Below, in pieces: positions 26,693 through 35,554 of a stretch of 64,000 nucleotides of DNA (positions within the stretch are counted from its first letter, which is position 1; each line of letters opens with the position of its first letter). A model generated the notes under the pieces. That model searched no databases. It saw nothing but the letters and a program-made list of their open reading frames with translations, and was not told the origin of the DNA. This DNA comes from a virus (lineage: Duplodnaviria; Caudoviricetes), in the IMG/VR virus record IMGVR_UViG_3300020046_010243, positions 1-64,000 of that record; one strand, written 5' to 3'. The position numbers and the translations under genes are program-made.

Positions 26693-27762
26693 CTACGGAG
26701 TACAAAGACAAAGCAGTCGTCCTTCTCAGCGGGGGACTCGACAGCGCACTCTCGCTCGCCATCATGGTCAGCGATCCCGAGATCGACGAAGTGCATGCGC
26801 TGATTTTCGACTACGGCCAATCGTCGCAGGCAGAGGTCGGGAAAGCGGTCAGGCTTTGCGAGGCTTGGCTGGTCCCCTTCACGGTTCAGCGGATGAAACT
26901 CAGCACCGACGCGGATACGCATGTCGAGATTCCCGCGCGCAACCTGATATTCGTCGCACAGGCGGCGGCCTTCGCGCTCTCGCATGGGTTCACCTCAATT
27001 GTGATCGGCGCGGAGCCCGACAGCACCTACGCGGATTCATCCGTCGAGTTTCTGCAAAAGGCAGACGCGATGCTTCGCTGCTTCAACCTCAGACTCGTCG
27101 CACCAGTGAAGCTTTTGGCGAACAAAAAAGAACTGGTGATGGAGGCACTCGCGCGAGGCGTTCCGCTGCACCTCTGCCATTCTTCGCGCAGCGACAAAGT
27201 AGATGGCGAGTGCAAGACCTCGCGGCGCTTCCTCGACGCTCTCGGTTCGATCTTTCCGCGCATCGATCCTCTTGTTCTTCTTGATGTGCTGAACCGACTC
27301 TCTAGCCCTTCCGTGGTGAGCATCGCGCGCCCGAATGTCGGGGCGAGTATTTGCTACCGCTTGACGGAAGGAAGCTTCAGTTTCAAACTGCCCGCAGCGC
27401 TGATGGTCGTCGGGTCGATGAACTGGGTAACGTATCCGCAACAGGTCATCGTCTATACTACGGGTTCATGGGGCAAGGCGCTCAAGGCAGCCCAAGCGCT
27501 TATCGGCGACTCGAAAGACGTCGCAGTAATTCAAAGCTACTGGCTGGTCGACCTCCTGGGACAGCCCATTAACTGCGACCTGCTCGAGGCTCAGTGGGGG
27601 ATCAAACAAGCGATGTCGATGCTGCCGCGTCCCCGCTACATGCCCCGCGTCGCCTGCCGGGTAACGCAAGGGCACCTGGCGCATGCGTTAACTTCTCTCG
27701 GATATGAAGTGGTTCTTCCGAACGACCCGCGACCCAACCTGCTCCTCGAGACGGTAGTCTGA
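26689..27762 (+). CDS. queC: 7-cyano-7-deazaguanine synthase-like, degenerate Zn site, C-terminal extension
   Basis: LLSGGLDS, FDYGQ, PARNLIF, YADS; extra ~140-aa C-terminus. Confidence 0.85.
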   Translation: MTTEYKDKAVVLLSGGLDSALSLAIMVSDPEIDEVHALIFDYGQSSQAEVGKAVRLCEAWLVPFTVQRMKLSTDADTHVEIPARNLIFVAQAAAFALSHGFTSIVIGAEPDSTYADSSVEFLQKADAMLRCFNLRLVAPVKLLANKKELVMEALARGVPLHLCHSSRSDKVDGECKTSRRFLDALGSIFPRIDPLVLLDVLNRLSSPSVVSIARPNVGASICYRLTEGSFSFKLPAALMVVGSMNWVTYPQQVIVYTTGSWGKALKAAQALIGDSKDVAVIQSYWLVDLLGQPINCDLLEAQWGIKQAMSMLPRPRYMPRVACRVTQGHLAHALTSLGYEVVLPNDPRPNLLLETVV

Positions 27763-27765
27763 GCT

Positions 27766-29058
27766 ATGTGCGGAATTTTCATCAGCCCTTCCGACTTACT
27801 TACCTCAGCCGGTCTCGGGCAAATGCGCTACCGCGGGCCGGATGCTTCGCACATCGTTAGCGCCGGGGACCTCTGTGTGGGGTTCGCTCGGCTAGCGATT
27901 GTCGATACCGACGCAGCCGAGGCGCAGCAGCCCCACCGCACCGCGAAGGGCCGCATCGTGGTCATGAACGGGGAGATTTACAACTACCATAGCCTCGACC
28001 CCGCCGCGAAGAGCGAAGTCGAACTGCTAGGGCGCATGCTGGATGATGGCCTCGACCCGCGGCACTTCATCGACGGCGACTATGCCATCGCAAGCTTCGA
28101 TCCCTCGAACCGGCTGCTGACGCTCTACCGAGACCGCTTCGGTGCCTGCCCGCTCTACTATCAGGTAAAGCCTTTCGTCGCGGTGAGCAGCGAGCGTCGC
28201 TGGCTTAACTCCGCCATCGAATTGATGCCGCACCAGAAGGTCGTGATACGAGTTACCGGTCGCTTCGCCAGGGGCAAGGTAGTGCAGCGTAACCGATGGC
28301 CGCATTATGGTCTCACCGTTTTCGACTCTCCTCCGCCCTCGGTGCCCTACTTCAAGTCGCTACTCCGCCGCGCAGTGCTCTCGCGCGCGATGCATTCTGA
28401 TACCGGGTTCTCGGTGACCTGCTCTGGCGGTCTCGACTCGAGCGCGGTAATCTTCGCTATGCGCGACCTCGGGATTGCTCCGAAACTGATGCTCTGCGTT
28501 TCGTTCGGCGATACCGAGGATAGTCGACATGCTTTGCAAGTAGCTTCGTCGACCGGCTTTCCCTTGAAGGTGATCTACGTCGATGAGGCGCTCCTCGCGC
28601 GCGACCGCGATAAAATAATGGAGCACTCCGACTGCCGCTCGCTCCAGCCGCTGCAATGGCGAGTCGCAGTCCGAAACTGGTATGTAGCGCAGAACAGCCC
28701 AACGCGGGTAGTGCTTTCAGGAGAAGGCAGCGACGAACTCTTCTCGGGCTACCCGCCGCATCCGGAGCGACTGAAAATTCCATACCGCATCGCGGCTAAG
28801 CAACTAGGCGCATTGAACTCGCTTCCCAAGTGCAGTCTTGACCTCAGCAACAAGATTGGTCTCGCGCACAGCGTGGAGTTTCGCGCGCCTTTCCTGCATT
28901 CGCTGCTGAGCTACTCACTCCTCGCGACGCAGACGGGAGCCCATAAGCACCTTCTTCGTAGCATCCTCTCGAACTTCGGAGCACCCGCAGACTTGGTTCA
29001 TCGGGGTAAGTGGGGATCGAATGAACAGCTACTCGATGCCTCAATGGAGAACGCATGA
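27766..29058 (+). CDS. asparagine-synthase-like glutamine amidotransferase
   Basis: N-terminal MCG, RGPD, RLAIVD, NGEIYN, RDRFG..PLY, SGGLDS, SGEGSDELF.GY. Confidence 0.9.
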   Translation: MCGIFISPSDLLTSAGLGQMRYRGPDASHIVSAGDLCVGFARLAIVDTDAAEAQQPHRTAKGRIVVMNGEIYNYHSLDPAAKSEVELLGRMLDDGLDPRHFIDGDYAIASFDPSNRLLTLYRDRFGACPLYYQVKPFVAVSSERRWLNSAIELMPHQKVVIRVTGRFARGKVVQRNRWPHYGLTVFDSPPPSVPYFKSLLRRAVLSRAMHSDTGFSVTCSGGLDSSAVIFAMRDLGIAPKLMLCVSFGDTEDSRHALQVASSTGFPLKVIYVDEALLARDRDKIMEHSDCRSLQPLQWRVAVRNWYVAQNSPTRVVLSGEGSDELFSGYPPHPERLKIPYRIAAKQLGALNSLPKCSLDLSNKIGLAHSVEFRAPFLHSLLSYSLLATQTGAHKHLLRSILSNFGAPADLVHRGKWGSNEQLLDASMENA

Positions 29059-29228
29059 CGGCGCAACTCTCGCAACTACTCGCTACGCTCATCGGCATTT
29101 TCTTTTTCGGCATGATGAAGGAGTACTACAAGCAAAGGCTGCCGGCCTGGGGCAACCTCTACCGGGCGCTTTGCCTCATCTACTTGGGTATCCTCGTCGG
29201 TCGCGCAATCGGGAGCTACTTGCAATGA
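29055..29228 (+). CDS. 57-aa two-TM membrane peptide, absent from the ORF track
   Basis: manual translation MTAQLSQLLATLIGIFFFGMMK...; ATGA overlaps. Confidence 0.6.
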   Translation: MTAQLSQLLATLIGIFFFGMMKEYYKQRLPAWGNLYRALCLIYLGILVGRAIGSYLQ

Positions 29229-29404
29229 GCACCGAAATCGAATGCGTCCGAGTGCGCGAGACGGACAACGCGGTTCTCATCGAAGTCGACGGCGATAACC
29301 ATTGGATTCCGCTTTCGCAGGTCAAGTCGATGCACTTCAACATGCATGAGAAGGGCACCATCGTCATCAGCGACTGGATCGCCGAGCAGAAAGGACTTGC
29401 GTAG
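29225..29404 (+). CDS. small beta-rich hypothetical protein
   Basis: ETDNAVLI...WIPLSQ...WIAEQKG pattern. Confidence 0.7.
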   Translation: MSTEIECVRVRETDNAVLIEVDGDNHWIPLSQVKSMHFNMHEKGTIVISDWIAEQKGLA

Positions 29405-29934
29405 TGAAGCCGACCTACCTGCTGCTCTATAGCGGCGGTCTCGCCTGCACGGTGACGATGCTGAACTCGATCCGAGAAGGACTCAAGCCGCTTCTCCTCT
29501 TCTACAAGAATCTGGGTCCCGCGGGCGAGGGCGAGCGAGAGGCGGTCATCGCATTTTCTTCGCGCTACGACCTACCAGTTCAAACCATCCCATATGCTGC
29601 GCGCTCGCATCTTCATATCACCGACCGCGAGGCGCTGATGATGGTCGAGCTTGCGCGCGAGGTTGCGAATGAGCGCGGGCTTAAGTCAGTCGTGATCGGG
29701 CGACGGACCTTCATGGGCTCTGCGATACCCACCGCCATGAACTTGCCTGCGACTGCGCTCTATCTTCCGAGAGTCGAGCATCGCGACGAGGACTACCGCG
29801 CAGCGCTGAACTACGAACCGACGCTCTTCCGCGCGACGTTCTCCTGCACCGAAAGCTTCAACGAGGTGCCCTGCGGCAAGTGCGAGAAGTGCAAGTCGAC
29901 GGCTGCGCTCTACAAACGAATTCGCAAAGGGTAA
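29404..29934 (+). CDS. second QueC-like PP-loop protein with intact Zn motif
   Basis: YSGGLAC (degenerate PP-loop); TFSC...PCGKCEKC. Confidence 0.7.
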   Translation: MKPTYLLLYSGGLACTVTMLNSIREGLKPLLLFYKNLGPAGEGEREAVIAFSSRYDLPVQTIPYAARSHLHITDREALMMVELAREVANERGLKSVVIGRRTFMGSAIPTAMNLPATALYLPRVEHRDEDYRAALNYEPTLFRATFSCTESFNEVPCGKCEKCKSTAALYKRIRKG

Positions 29935-29936
29935 GC

Positions 29937-30875
29937 ATGCTCCGCTACTTCCTCTCTGGCGCGTCGGGCATCCGCAATGAGGTGCTGCCCCGCGTCGCTG
30001 CGCTCATCCCCTACCGCCTGCTCTCCATGCACTCGGCGTTCAAGGGGAATACCAAGACGTGGACTGCGGTCTCGCACCATCCCGACTCCGGGATGAAGGA
30101 GGTCATGCTCGACTCGGGTGCCTTCACCGCCTTCACCAAGGGCCACAAGGTCGAACTGAACGACCTCATCGCGACCTATGATGACACCATTCGCAAACTG
30201 AATCCGAAGCTCCAGGTCTGGCTCATCAACCTCGACGTGATACCAGGGTCCTTCGGGAAAGTCGCGACGCCATCTGAGGTAGTCGATGCGCTCGCGCGCA
30301 GCGATGACAACTACAAGATACTCAAGAAGCGCTATGGTAGCCGAGTGCTGCCGGTCTTCCACCAAACCGAGCCGAACTCGCGCCTGCGCGAGGTAGTCGG
30401 CATGAATGATTTCGTGGCGATGGGCTTTCGGCAGGACTTCGCCGAGGAGCACCGCATTCGCTGCGCTGAGGAGTCGCTCGAGTATGCGCACAGCAAAGGG
30501 ATTCTTGTGCATGGACTTGCTACTACAGGATATAAAATGCTCTCTCGCGCGCCATTCGATACCGTGGATAGCGCCACGTGGTTATACATCGCAGCGATGG
30601 GAGGAATTAGTTACGTCAGCGAGTCGGGCACCATCGACTCCATTGCCATTTCGCAAGAGTCGCCTCAGCAGCGCACTCTCCGCGCTCATTACCGAACCCT
30701 GCCCTACGATGAGCAGCAATTCATCCTCAACCGCATCGCGGAGGCGGGGACGTGCCTGAAGGAGATCGAAAGCGATCTCTCCTACCGCATCCTCTTCAAT
30801 GCGCACCAGATGCGCGAGTGGTTGAAGTCATACAAGCGCCCGGTCATCAAACGCGAACAAGGACTCTTCCTATGA
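29937..30875 (+). CDS. DpdA/TGT-like 7-deazaguanine DNA insertion enzyme
   Basis: LDSGAFT, NLDVIPG, PVFHQ, VHGLA, DTVDSATW; next to the que genes. Confidence 0.75.
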   Translation: MLRYFLSGASGIRNEVLPRVAALIPYRLLSMHSAFKGNTKTWTAVSHHPDSGMKEVMLDSGAFTAFTKGHKVELNDLIATYDDTIRKLNPKLQVWLINLDVIPGSFGKVATPSEVVDALARSDDNYKILKKRYGSRVLPVFHQTEPNSRLREVVGMNDFVAMGFRQDFAEEHRIRCAEESLEYAHSKGILVHGLATTGYKMLSRAPFDTVDSATWLYIAAMGGISYVSESGTIDSIAISQESPQQRTLRAHYRTLPYDEQQFILNRIAEAGTCLKEIESDLSYRILFNAHQMREWLKSYKRPVIKREQGLFL

Positions 30876-31147
30876 GCAATACGCTGGTCCCGCCGTATCC
30901 CTTCGGTCTCTCCTCGCTGCTCGGATTGTCGTTCGTCGAAATACCCGACCGCTATGAACCGGTGCTGAAACTGCGCGAAGGGCTCTGCGTCAGCGATGAG
31001 TTCCGCCGCGACTTCAACGCCTACCTGCTCGAAACCTTCGGGATGCGCGATGTTTCTCTTGTTCCGAAAGGGACGAGCTTCATCATCGGCGGTTCGCACC
31101 TGATGATGCGCGCGAGCGATGCGGTCAAGCTTTCAACCTTGATTTAA
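30872..31147 (+). CDS. hypothetical protein (start MSNTLV)
   Basis: ATGA overlap with the upstream stop. Confidence 0.6.
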   Translation: MSNTLVPPYPFGLSSLLGLSFVEIPDRYEPVLKLREGLCVSDEFRRDFNAYLLETFGMRDVSLVPKGTSFIIGGSHLMMRASDAVKLSTLI

Positions 31148-31154
31148 GGATCCC

Positions 31155-32144
31155 ATGAGCAAGCTCGACGTACCTCCCGAAGCCATCGAGTCGCTGCGCC
31201 TCGCCTGCATGCTCTGCGAGACGGGCGCGGCCATCGAACGCTACCGGCACATCACCTTCGCCGACAATCAGGTGCGCGCCTTCAATGGCATCGTCAGCCT
31301 GCAAGCACCCTTCCCCGCTGAGAACGAGACGTTTGCAGTCAACGAAGAGCGCCTCGAGCGGGCACTCGCGGCGTGCGAGGGCGAGGGGCTGTCGGTCAGT
31401 CAGACGAAAGACCACCTCATCTTCAAACAGAAAAAGCTCACCATCCGCGTGCGCAAACTGAGCGCAGACAGCGTATTTTCAGACCGCATGGTGCTCCCCG
31501 CGAAGGAAGACCGCTTCGATGCATCGCTGCTGCAAAACGCGCTAGGGAAGGTCGCGCCTTTTGTCAGCGCCGATGCGTCGCGCCCATGGTCGGTCGCTGC
31601 GCTCTTCCAGTATGGTCATGCATGGGCGACCAACAATCTCGCTCTTGTGCGCTCACCCATCGCGCTCGACGTCGAACTCAAGATTCCGTCGCCCGCGATT
31701 CCGGTGCTGCTCGCGCTGCCCAGCATCGAGTGGGTCGCGAAAGATGAGCACAAGGTCTTTGTCGCGCACAAGCGTGTAGTGCTGAGCTTCCCCGAGCATC
31801 AAGGCGACTGGCCCGATGTGCGCGCCTTCTTCAAGGATAAGCCGAAGAAACTCGAGCCGCTCGACTCGGAACTGCTCGACGCCGCGAAAATGGTCGAGAA
31901 GTTCGCGGATCGATTCGTGACGCTCTCGCCTGGCGCTATCGAAGGGAAGACCGCGACGATCGAGTCCGAGTATGAGGTCTCGGTAAAAAAGGGCTGCGGC
32001 ACCTACTCGGCGAAGTTGCTCTCGTTGGTGCTGAGCGTCGCGTCGCACGGCGACTTCTCGACCTACCCGAAACCGGTGTTCTTCGCGGGCGAGGGGATCG
32101 AAGGCGTCGCGGTCGGAGTGACGCCCGAACAGGCGGCAGCGTGA
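31155..32144 (+). CDS. DNA polymerase sliding clamp (beta)-like protein
   Basis: ~330 aa alpha/beta repeats; ATNN.AL, EGDWPD-like segment; replication context. Confidence 0.55.
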   Translation: MSKLDVPPEAIESLRLACMLCETGAAIERYRHITFADNQVRAFNGIVSLQAPFPAENETFAVNEERLERALAACEGEGLSVSQTKDHLIFKQKKLTIRVRKLSADSVFSDRMVLPAKEDRFDASLLQNALGKVAPFVSADASRPWSVAALFQYGHAWATNNLALVRSPIALDVELKIPSPAIPVLLALPSIEWVAKDEHKVFVAHKRVVLSFPEHQGDWPDVRAFFKDKPKKLEPLDSELLDAAKMVEKFADRFVTLSPGAIEGKTATIESEYEVSVKKGCGTYSAKLLSLVLSVASHGDFSTYPKPVFFAGEGIEGVAVGVTPEQAAA

Positions 32145-32392
32145 AGCCGATACCGATTCTGCTCAACCATGATCCAAGCGCAAAGCCAATCGGCTATGTG
32201 CTGTCGCATGCTGATGGATCGCTGCGCGTTCGCATATCGAAGGATGTGCGCATCACGCGGGAAATGCTATTCGATATTTTCGGGGGCGCGGGCATCCGCA
32301 TCAACTCGTCCGCGCTCGAAAAAGATGGGACCATGGTAATACATGAGGGCACCATCCTCGAATTTTCGTTGTCGAGGCAGGCGACCGCATGA
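32141..32392 (+). CDS. hypothetical protein
   Basis: coupled overlaps. Confidence 0.6.
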   Translation: MKPIPILLNHDPSAKPIGYVLSHADGSLRVRISKDVRITREMLFDIFGGAGIRINSSALEKDGTMVIHEGTILEFSLSRQATA

Positions 32393-32616
32393 TCGAACAG
32401 GTAGCCATCGCCATCTGCGGCGTCGCTTCGATCTGGCTGTCGCAGTCGCCCTCCTTCGCGCAGCGCCGCTGGGCTCCCGTGATCGGGATCATCGCGCAGC
32501 CCTTCTGGTGCTACGCCGCTTGGAAGGCTGAGCAGTGGGGTATCTTCGCGCTCTCGCTTGTCTATGCCGCGGGTTGGGTGCGCGGGCTGCGCACGTACTG
32601 GTGGGGTCGAGGATGA
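32389..32616 (+). CDS. small PnuC-like multi-TM membrane protein
   Basis: three hydrophobic segments; W..GIIAQPFW..AA...QWG motif. Confidence 0.55.
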   Translation: MIEQVAIAICGVASIWLSQSPSFAQRRWAPVIGIIAQPFWCYAAWKAEQWGIFALSLVYAAGWVRGLRTYWWGRG

Positions 32617-32765
32617 TGCTGCGAATCAGCGCCCCGCATTTCGTCGCGGGCATCGTGCGCGGCGGTCTCTGCGCGCCCATCATTCGTTATATGAAAGGCT
32701 GGACGCTTGCGCAAATTGAAAGCTACTGCGCGAAAAAGAGCTGGGAAGTCGAGAGGATGCCTTGA
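32613..32765 (+). CDS. small hypothetical protein
   Basis: HFVAG...APIIRYMKGW..YC..KSW; coupled overlaps. Confidence 0.6.
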   Translation: MMLRISAPHFVAGIVRGGLCAPIIRYMKGWTLAQIESYCAKKSWEVERMP

Positions 32766-32965
32766 AACCGAAACCACATATACAGCGGGCGCAACCCTAC
32801 GACGGTGACGGATGGGTCTGTTATTGCCGCGGACCGGATGACCATGGGATCGGGTTCGGCAAGACTCCCGAGGAAGCATACCGTGACTGGCTAAACCCCG
32901 ACTCGCTATTCAAGTTCTGGACGCAGGGCGCGGGCGCCTTTCGGCGGGTGAGCGGCCTTGGGTAA
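32762..32965 (+). CDS. small hypothetical protein
   Basis: GFGKTPEEAY motif; coupled overlaps. Confidence 0.55.
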   Translation: MKPKPHIQRAQPYDGDGWVCYCRGPDDHGIGFGKTPEEAYRDWLNPDSLFKFWTQGAGAFRRVSGLG

Positions 32966-34895
32966 CCTCTTCGACGACGAAGGGCTGTTTTGGGTGCCCG
33001 AGCAGTATAGCCGGGAGAAGGTCGACCGCAAAGCGAAGCAGCCCCGCATCCTGCCCGGGATTCCCGAGACAGGATGGAAGCCGCGCGCTATCTTCCCCGA
33101 CCTCTCCGCGGCGAAAGCGATCTCCTTCGATACCGAGACGTTCGACCCCGACTTGCTCACCCTGGGCCCCGGTGCGATGCGGGATGGTTTCATAGTCGGC
33201 GTCAGCGTCGCGGCTGATGACTTCTGCGCCTACTACCCGATCCGCCATACGATCGGCGAGAACCTTGATCCCGTCCCGGTCTTCGCATGGTTGAAGGATC
33301 AGCTAGGGCGTCCCCGGCAACCGAAGGTCGGCGCGAATCTCCTCTACGATCTCGAATTCCTCGAGGAGGCCGGGGTGCATGTCGAGGGGCCCTTCTATGA
33401 TGTGCAGTTCGCGGACCCACTGATCTACGAATACGAGTCGAGCTATTCGCTGGATTCCATCGCGCAGCGTCGCCTTGGTCTGCGCAAGGAGACTTCGCTC
33501 CTCTACCAATGGTGCGCGGATGCATATGGCGGGAAGCCCGATGGGGCGCAGCGCGCGAACATCTGGCGTGCGCCCTCAGAACTCGTCGGTCCCTATGCGG
33601 AGCAAGACGCGCGACTGCCCCTGCAAATCATCCGCAAGCAATGGGCGATGCTGCGCGATCTCGAACAACTCGACATCTTCCTGCTCGAGTCACGCCTGAT
33701 TCCGATGCTGCTGCATATGCGTCGGCAAGGCGTGCCTATCAACGAAGCGCGGTGCAAGGAAGTCGATGCCGAGTTGACCATGAAGCTCGACGCGATGCAG
33801 AAGGAGTTGGGGTTCAACGTGCATGCCCCCGGCGACCTGCGCGCGCTATGCGAGGCTGAGGGCATCGCCTACCCGCTGACAGCGCAAGGCAACCCGAGCT
33901 TCACCAAGGGCTGGCTGAAGGAGCAACTGCACCCGAAGTTGCGGCAGGTGAACGACCTGCGCACGCTCTACAAGATGCGCGATACTTTCATCCGCGGGGC
34001 GTTGCTCGGCACCGCGCAAAAAGGGCGCATCCATTGCCAGTTCCATCCGCTGCGCAGCGACAGCTACGGCACGGTCAGCGGTCGGTTCAGTTCCTCGAAC
34101 CCGAACTTGCAGCAGGTCCCCGCACGCGACGAGTACTGGGGCCCCACAGTGCGCTCCTGCTTCGTGCCCGACGAGGGGCTGGCATGGTTGAAGCTCGACC
34201 TATCGCAGATCGAGTTTCGTCTTGGCGTGCACTACGGCCAGGGTGAAGGGATTGAGGAGGTGCGTGACGCCTATCGCAACGACCCGAAAATTTCCTTCTA
34301 CCGACTCGCTGCGGGGCTCACCGGTCTCCCCTATCAGGAGGCTAAGTCGCTGTCGCTGGGCACGCTCTACGGCATGGGACTCCCGAAGTTCGCCTCGATG
34401 ATCGGTCGTTCGCTCTCGGAAGCGAAGCAGATATTCTCGACCTACAATGAGAAGTTGCCCTTCATGCGCGCGACCTACAACCACTACTGCACGATCACCG
34501 AGACTCGCGGTTCGCTGAGCGAGACCGGCGATGGTTGGGTGCGCACGATCGGCAACCGCCTCTGTCATTTGAATGCCGGGTTCGAGCACAAGTCGCTCAA
34601 CCGCATGCTACAGGGCTCCTGCGCTGACTGGATGAAACGCGCGATGCTCGACGCTTGGGAGGCGGGAGTCTTCGATGTGCTCCTGATTTACCTCACGGTG
34701 CATGATGAGCTTGATACCGGAGTGCCCCGTTCGCGCGCGGGGGCGCAGGCAGCGCGCGAACTGCATAATGCGCTGACGAGCGCGTACGCATTATGCATCC
34801 CGGTGCTCGCAAGTAGTTCGATGGGTCGGGCCTGGGGCGACTTGGATGATGTCGACCCGCAGGATTTTGAGAAGTACCTACTGGAGAAAGTATAA
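32958..34895 (+). CDS. family A DNA polymerase with 3'-5' exonuclease
   Basis: FDTET, NLLYD, YAEQDA; GRFSSSNPNLQQ, DLSQIEFR, AKSLSLGTLYG, VHDEL. Confidence 0.97.
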   Translation: MGNLFDDEGLFWVPEQYSREKVDRKAKQPRILPGIPETGWKPRAIFPDLSAAKAISFDTETFDPDLLTLGPGAMRDGFIVGVSVAADDFCAYYPIRHTIGENLDPVPVFAWLKDQLGRPRQPKVGANLLYDLEFLEEAGVHVEGPFYDVQFADPLIYEYESSYSLDSIAQRRLGLRKETSLLYQWCADAYGGKPDGAQRANIWRAPSELVGPYAEQDARLPLQIIRKQWAMLRDLEQLDIFLLESRLIPMLLHMRRQGVPINEARCKEVDAELTMKLDAMQKELGFNVHAPGDLRALCEAEGIAYPLTAQGNPSFTKGWLKEQLHPKLRQVNDLRTLYKMRDTFIRGALLGTAQKGRIHCQFHPLRSDSYGTVSGRFSSSNPNLQQVPARDEYWGPTVRSCFVPDEGLAWLKLDLSQIEFRLGVHYGQGEGIEEVRDAYRNDPKISFYRLAAGLTGLPYQEAKSLSLGTLYGMGLPKFASMIGRSLSEAKQIFSTYNEKLPFMRATYNHYCTITETRGSLSETGDGWVRTIGNRLCHLNAGFEHKSLNRMLQGSCADWMKRAMLDAWEAGVFDVLLIYLTVHDELDTGVPRSRAGAQAARELHNALTSAYALCIPVLASSSMGRAWGDLDDVDPQDFEKYLLEKV

Positions 34896-35390
34896 ATGCT
34901 GATGAGTCGGAGAGGTTTCCTAGGCATGATCCTAGCGGCTGCGGTGGCTCCGGCGATAGTCCGGGCCTCCTCGCTGATGAAGGTTGTGCCCCGGGCGCGA
35001 TATGCTGTCCCGGAAGTGTGTTACTGGGTCGACGCCGATGGGGCCTTGCTTGGTCCGCTTGACGAGCTTGTCCCCTGCCCGCTGATGTACTTCAGCAAAG
35101 TGCGAGAGGACTTCGATTACATCGACGTCTCGACTCTCATGAGCGAGGCGAAGGAGTACGCCCTTGGCGTTCACTATGGCTTCCGGGCAGACTTCACGGT
35201 GGAGGTGCCGCCCGGGGCGCGGGCGGAGTTCTACTTTGACGGGCGACCGGCTCCGGTTCCGGTGCGCCTCGACTTCTCGCCATCAGCAGTCAACCCGACC
35301 GGCGTACTGGTCGCGCACTTCGATGATGTCGCGTTGGCGGAGTACGGCAACCGGGTTCCTGTAGTTCAAATCAGAAAGGGACGCACATGA
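34896..35390 (+). CDS. hypothetical protein with Tat-like N-terminus
   Basis: SRRGFLG followed by a hydrophobic stretch. Confidence 0.65.
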   Translation: MLMSRRGFLGMILAAAVAPAIVRASSLMKVVPRARYAVPEVCYWVDADGALLGPLDELVPCPLMYFSKVREDFDYIDVSTLMSEAKEYALGVHYGFRADFTVEVPPGARAEFYFDGRPAPVPVRLDFSPSAVNPTGVLVAHFDDVALAEYGNRVPVVQIRKGRT

Positions 35391-35554
35391 TTATCGAAGA
35401 CCTCGCACTGATGGATCGGCGCACGCTGGAGAAACGGTGCAAGCGCGCGGAGTGCCTCATCAAGAGCGCCAAGCAGCAGGGCAACGCAGAGGCGGAAGCC
35501 TTCTGGACGCGCAAGCTCAAGGAGTACAAGAGCGAACTGGAGGAGAAGGAATGA
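35387..35554 (+). CDS. small helical protein, absent from the ORF track
   Basis: MIIEDLAL...ELEEKE; AGAAAGGG RBS; ATGA overlaps. Confidence 0.6.
   Translation: MIIEDLALMDRRTLEKRCKRAECLIKSAKQQGNAEAEAFWTRKLKEYKSELEEKE

Noticed and set aside
31155-32616. NAD-salvage pathway linking the PnuC-like protein and the ART-like gene
   Set aside because: The PnuC-like ORF is only 75 aa and no NadR/NadV partner is present; too speculative.
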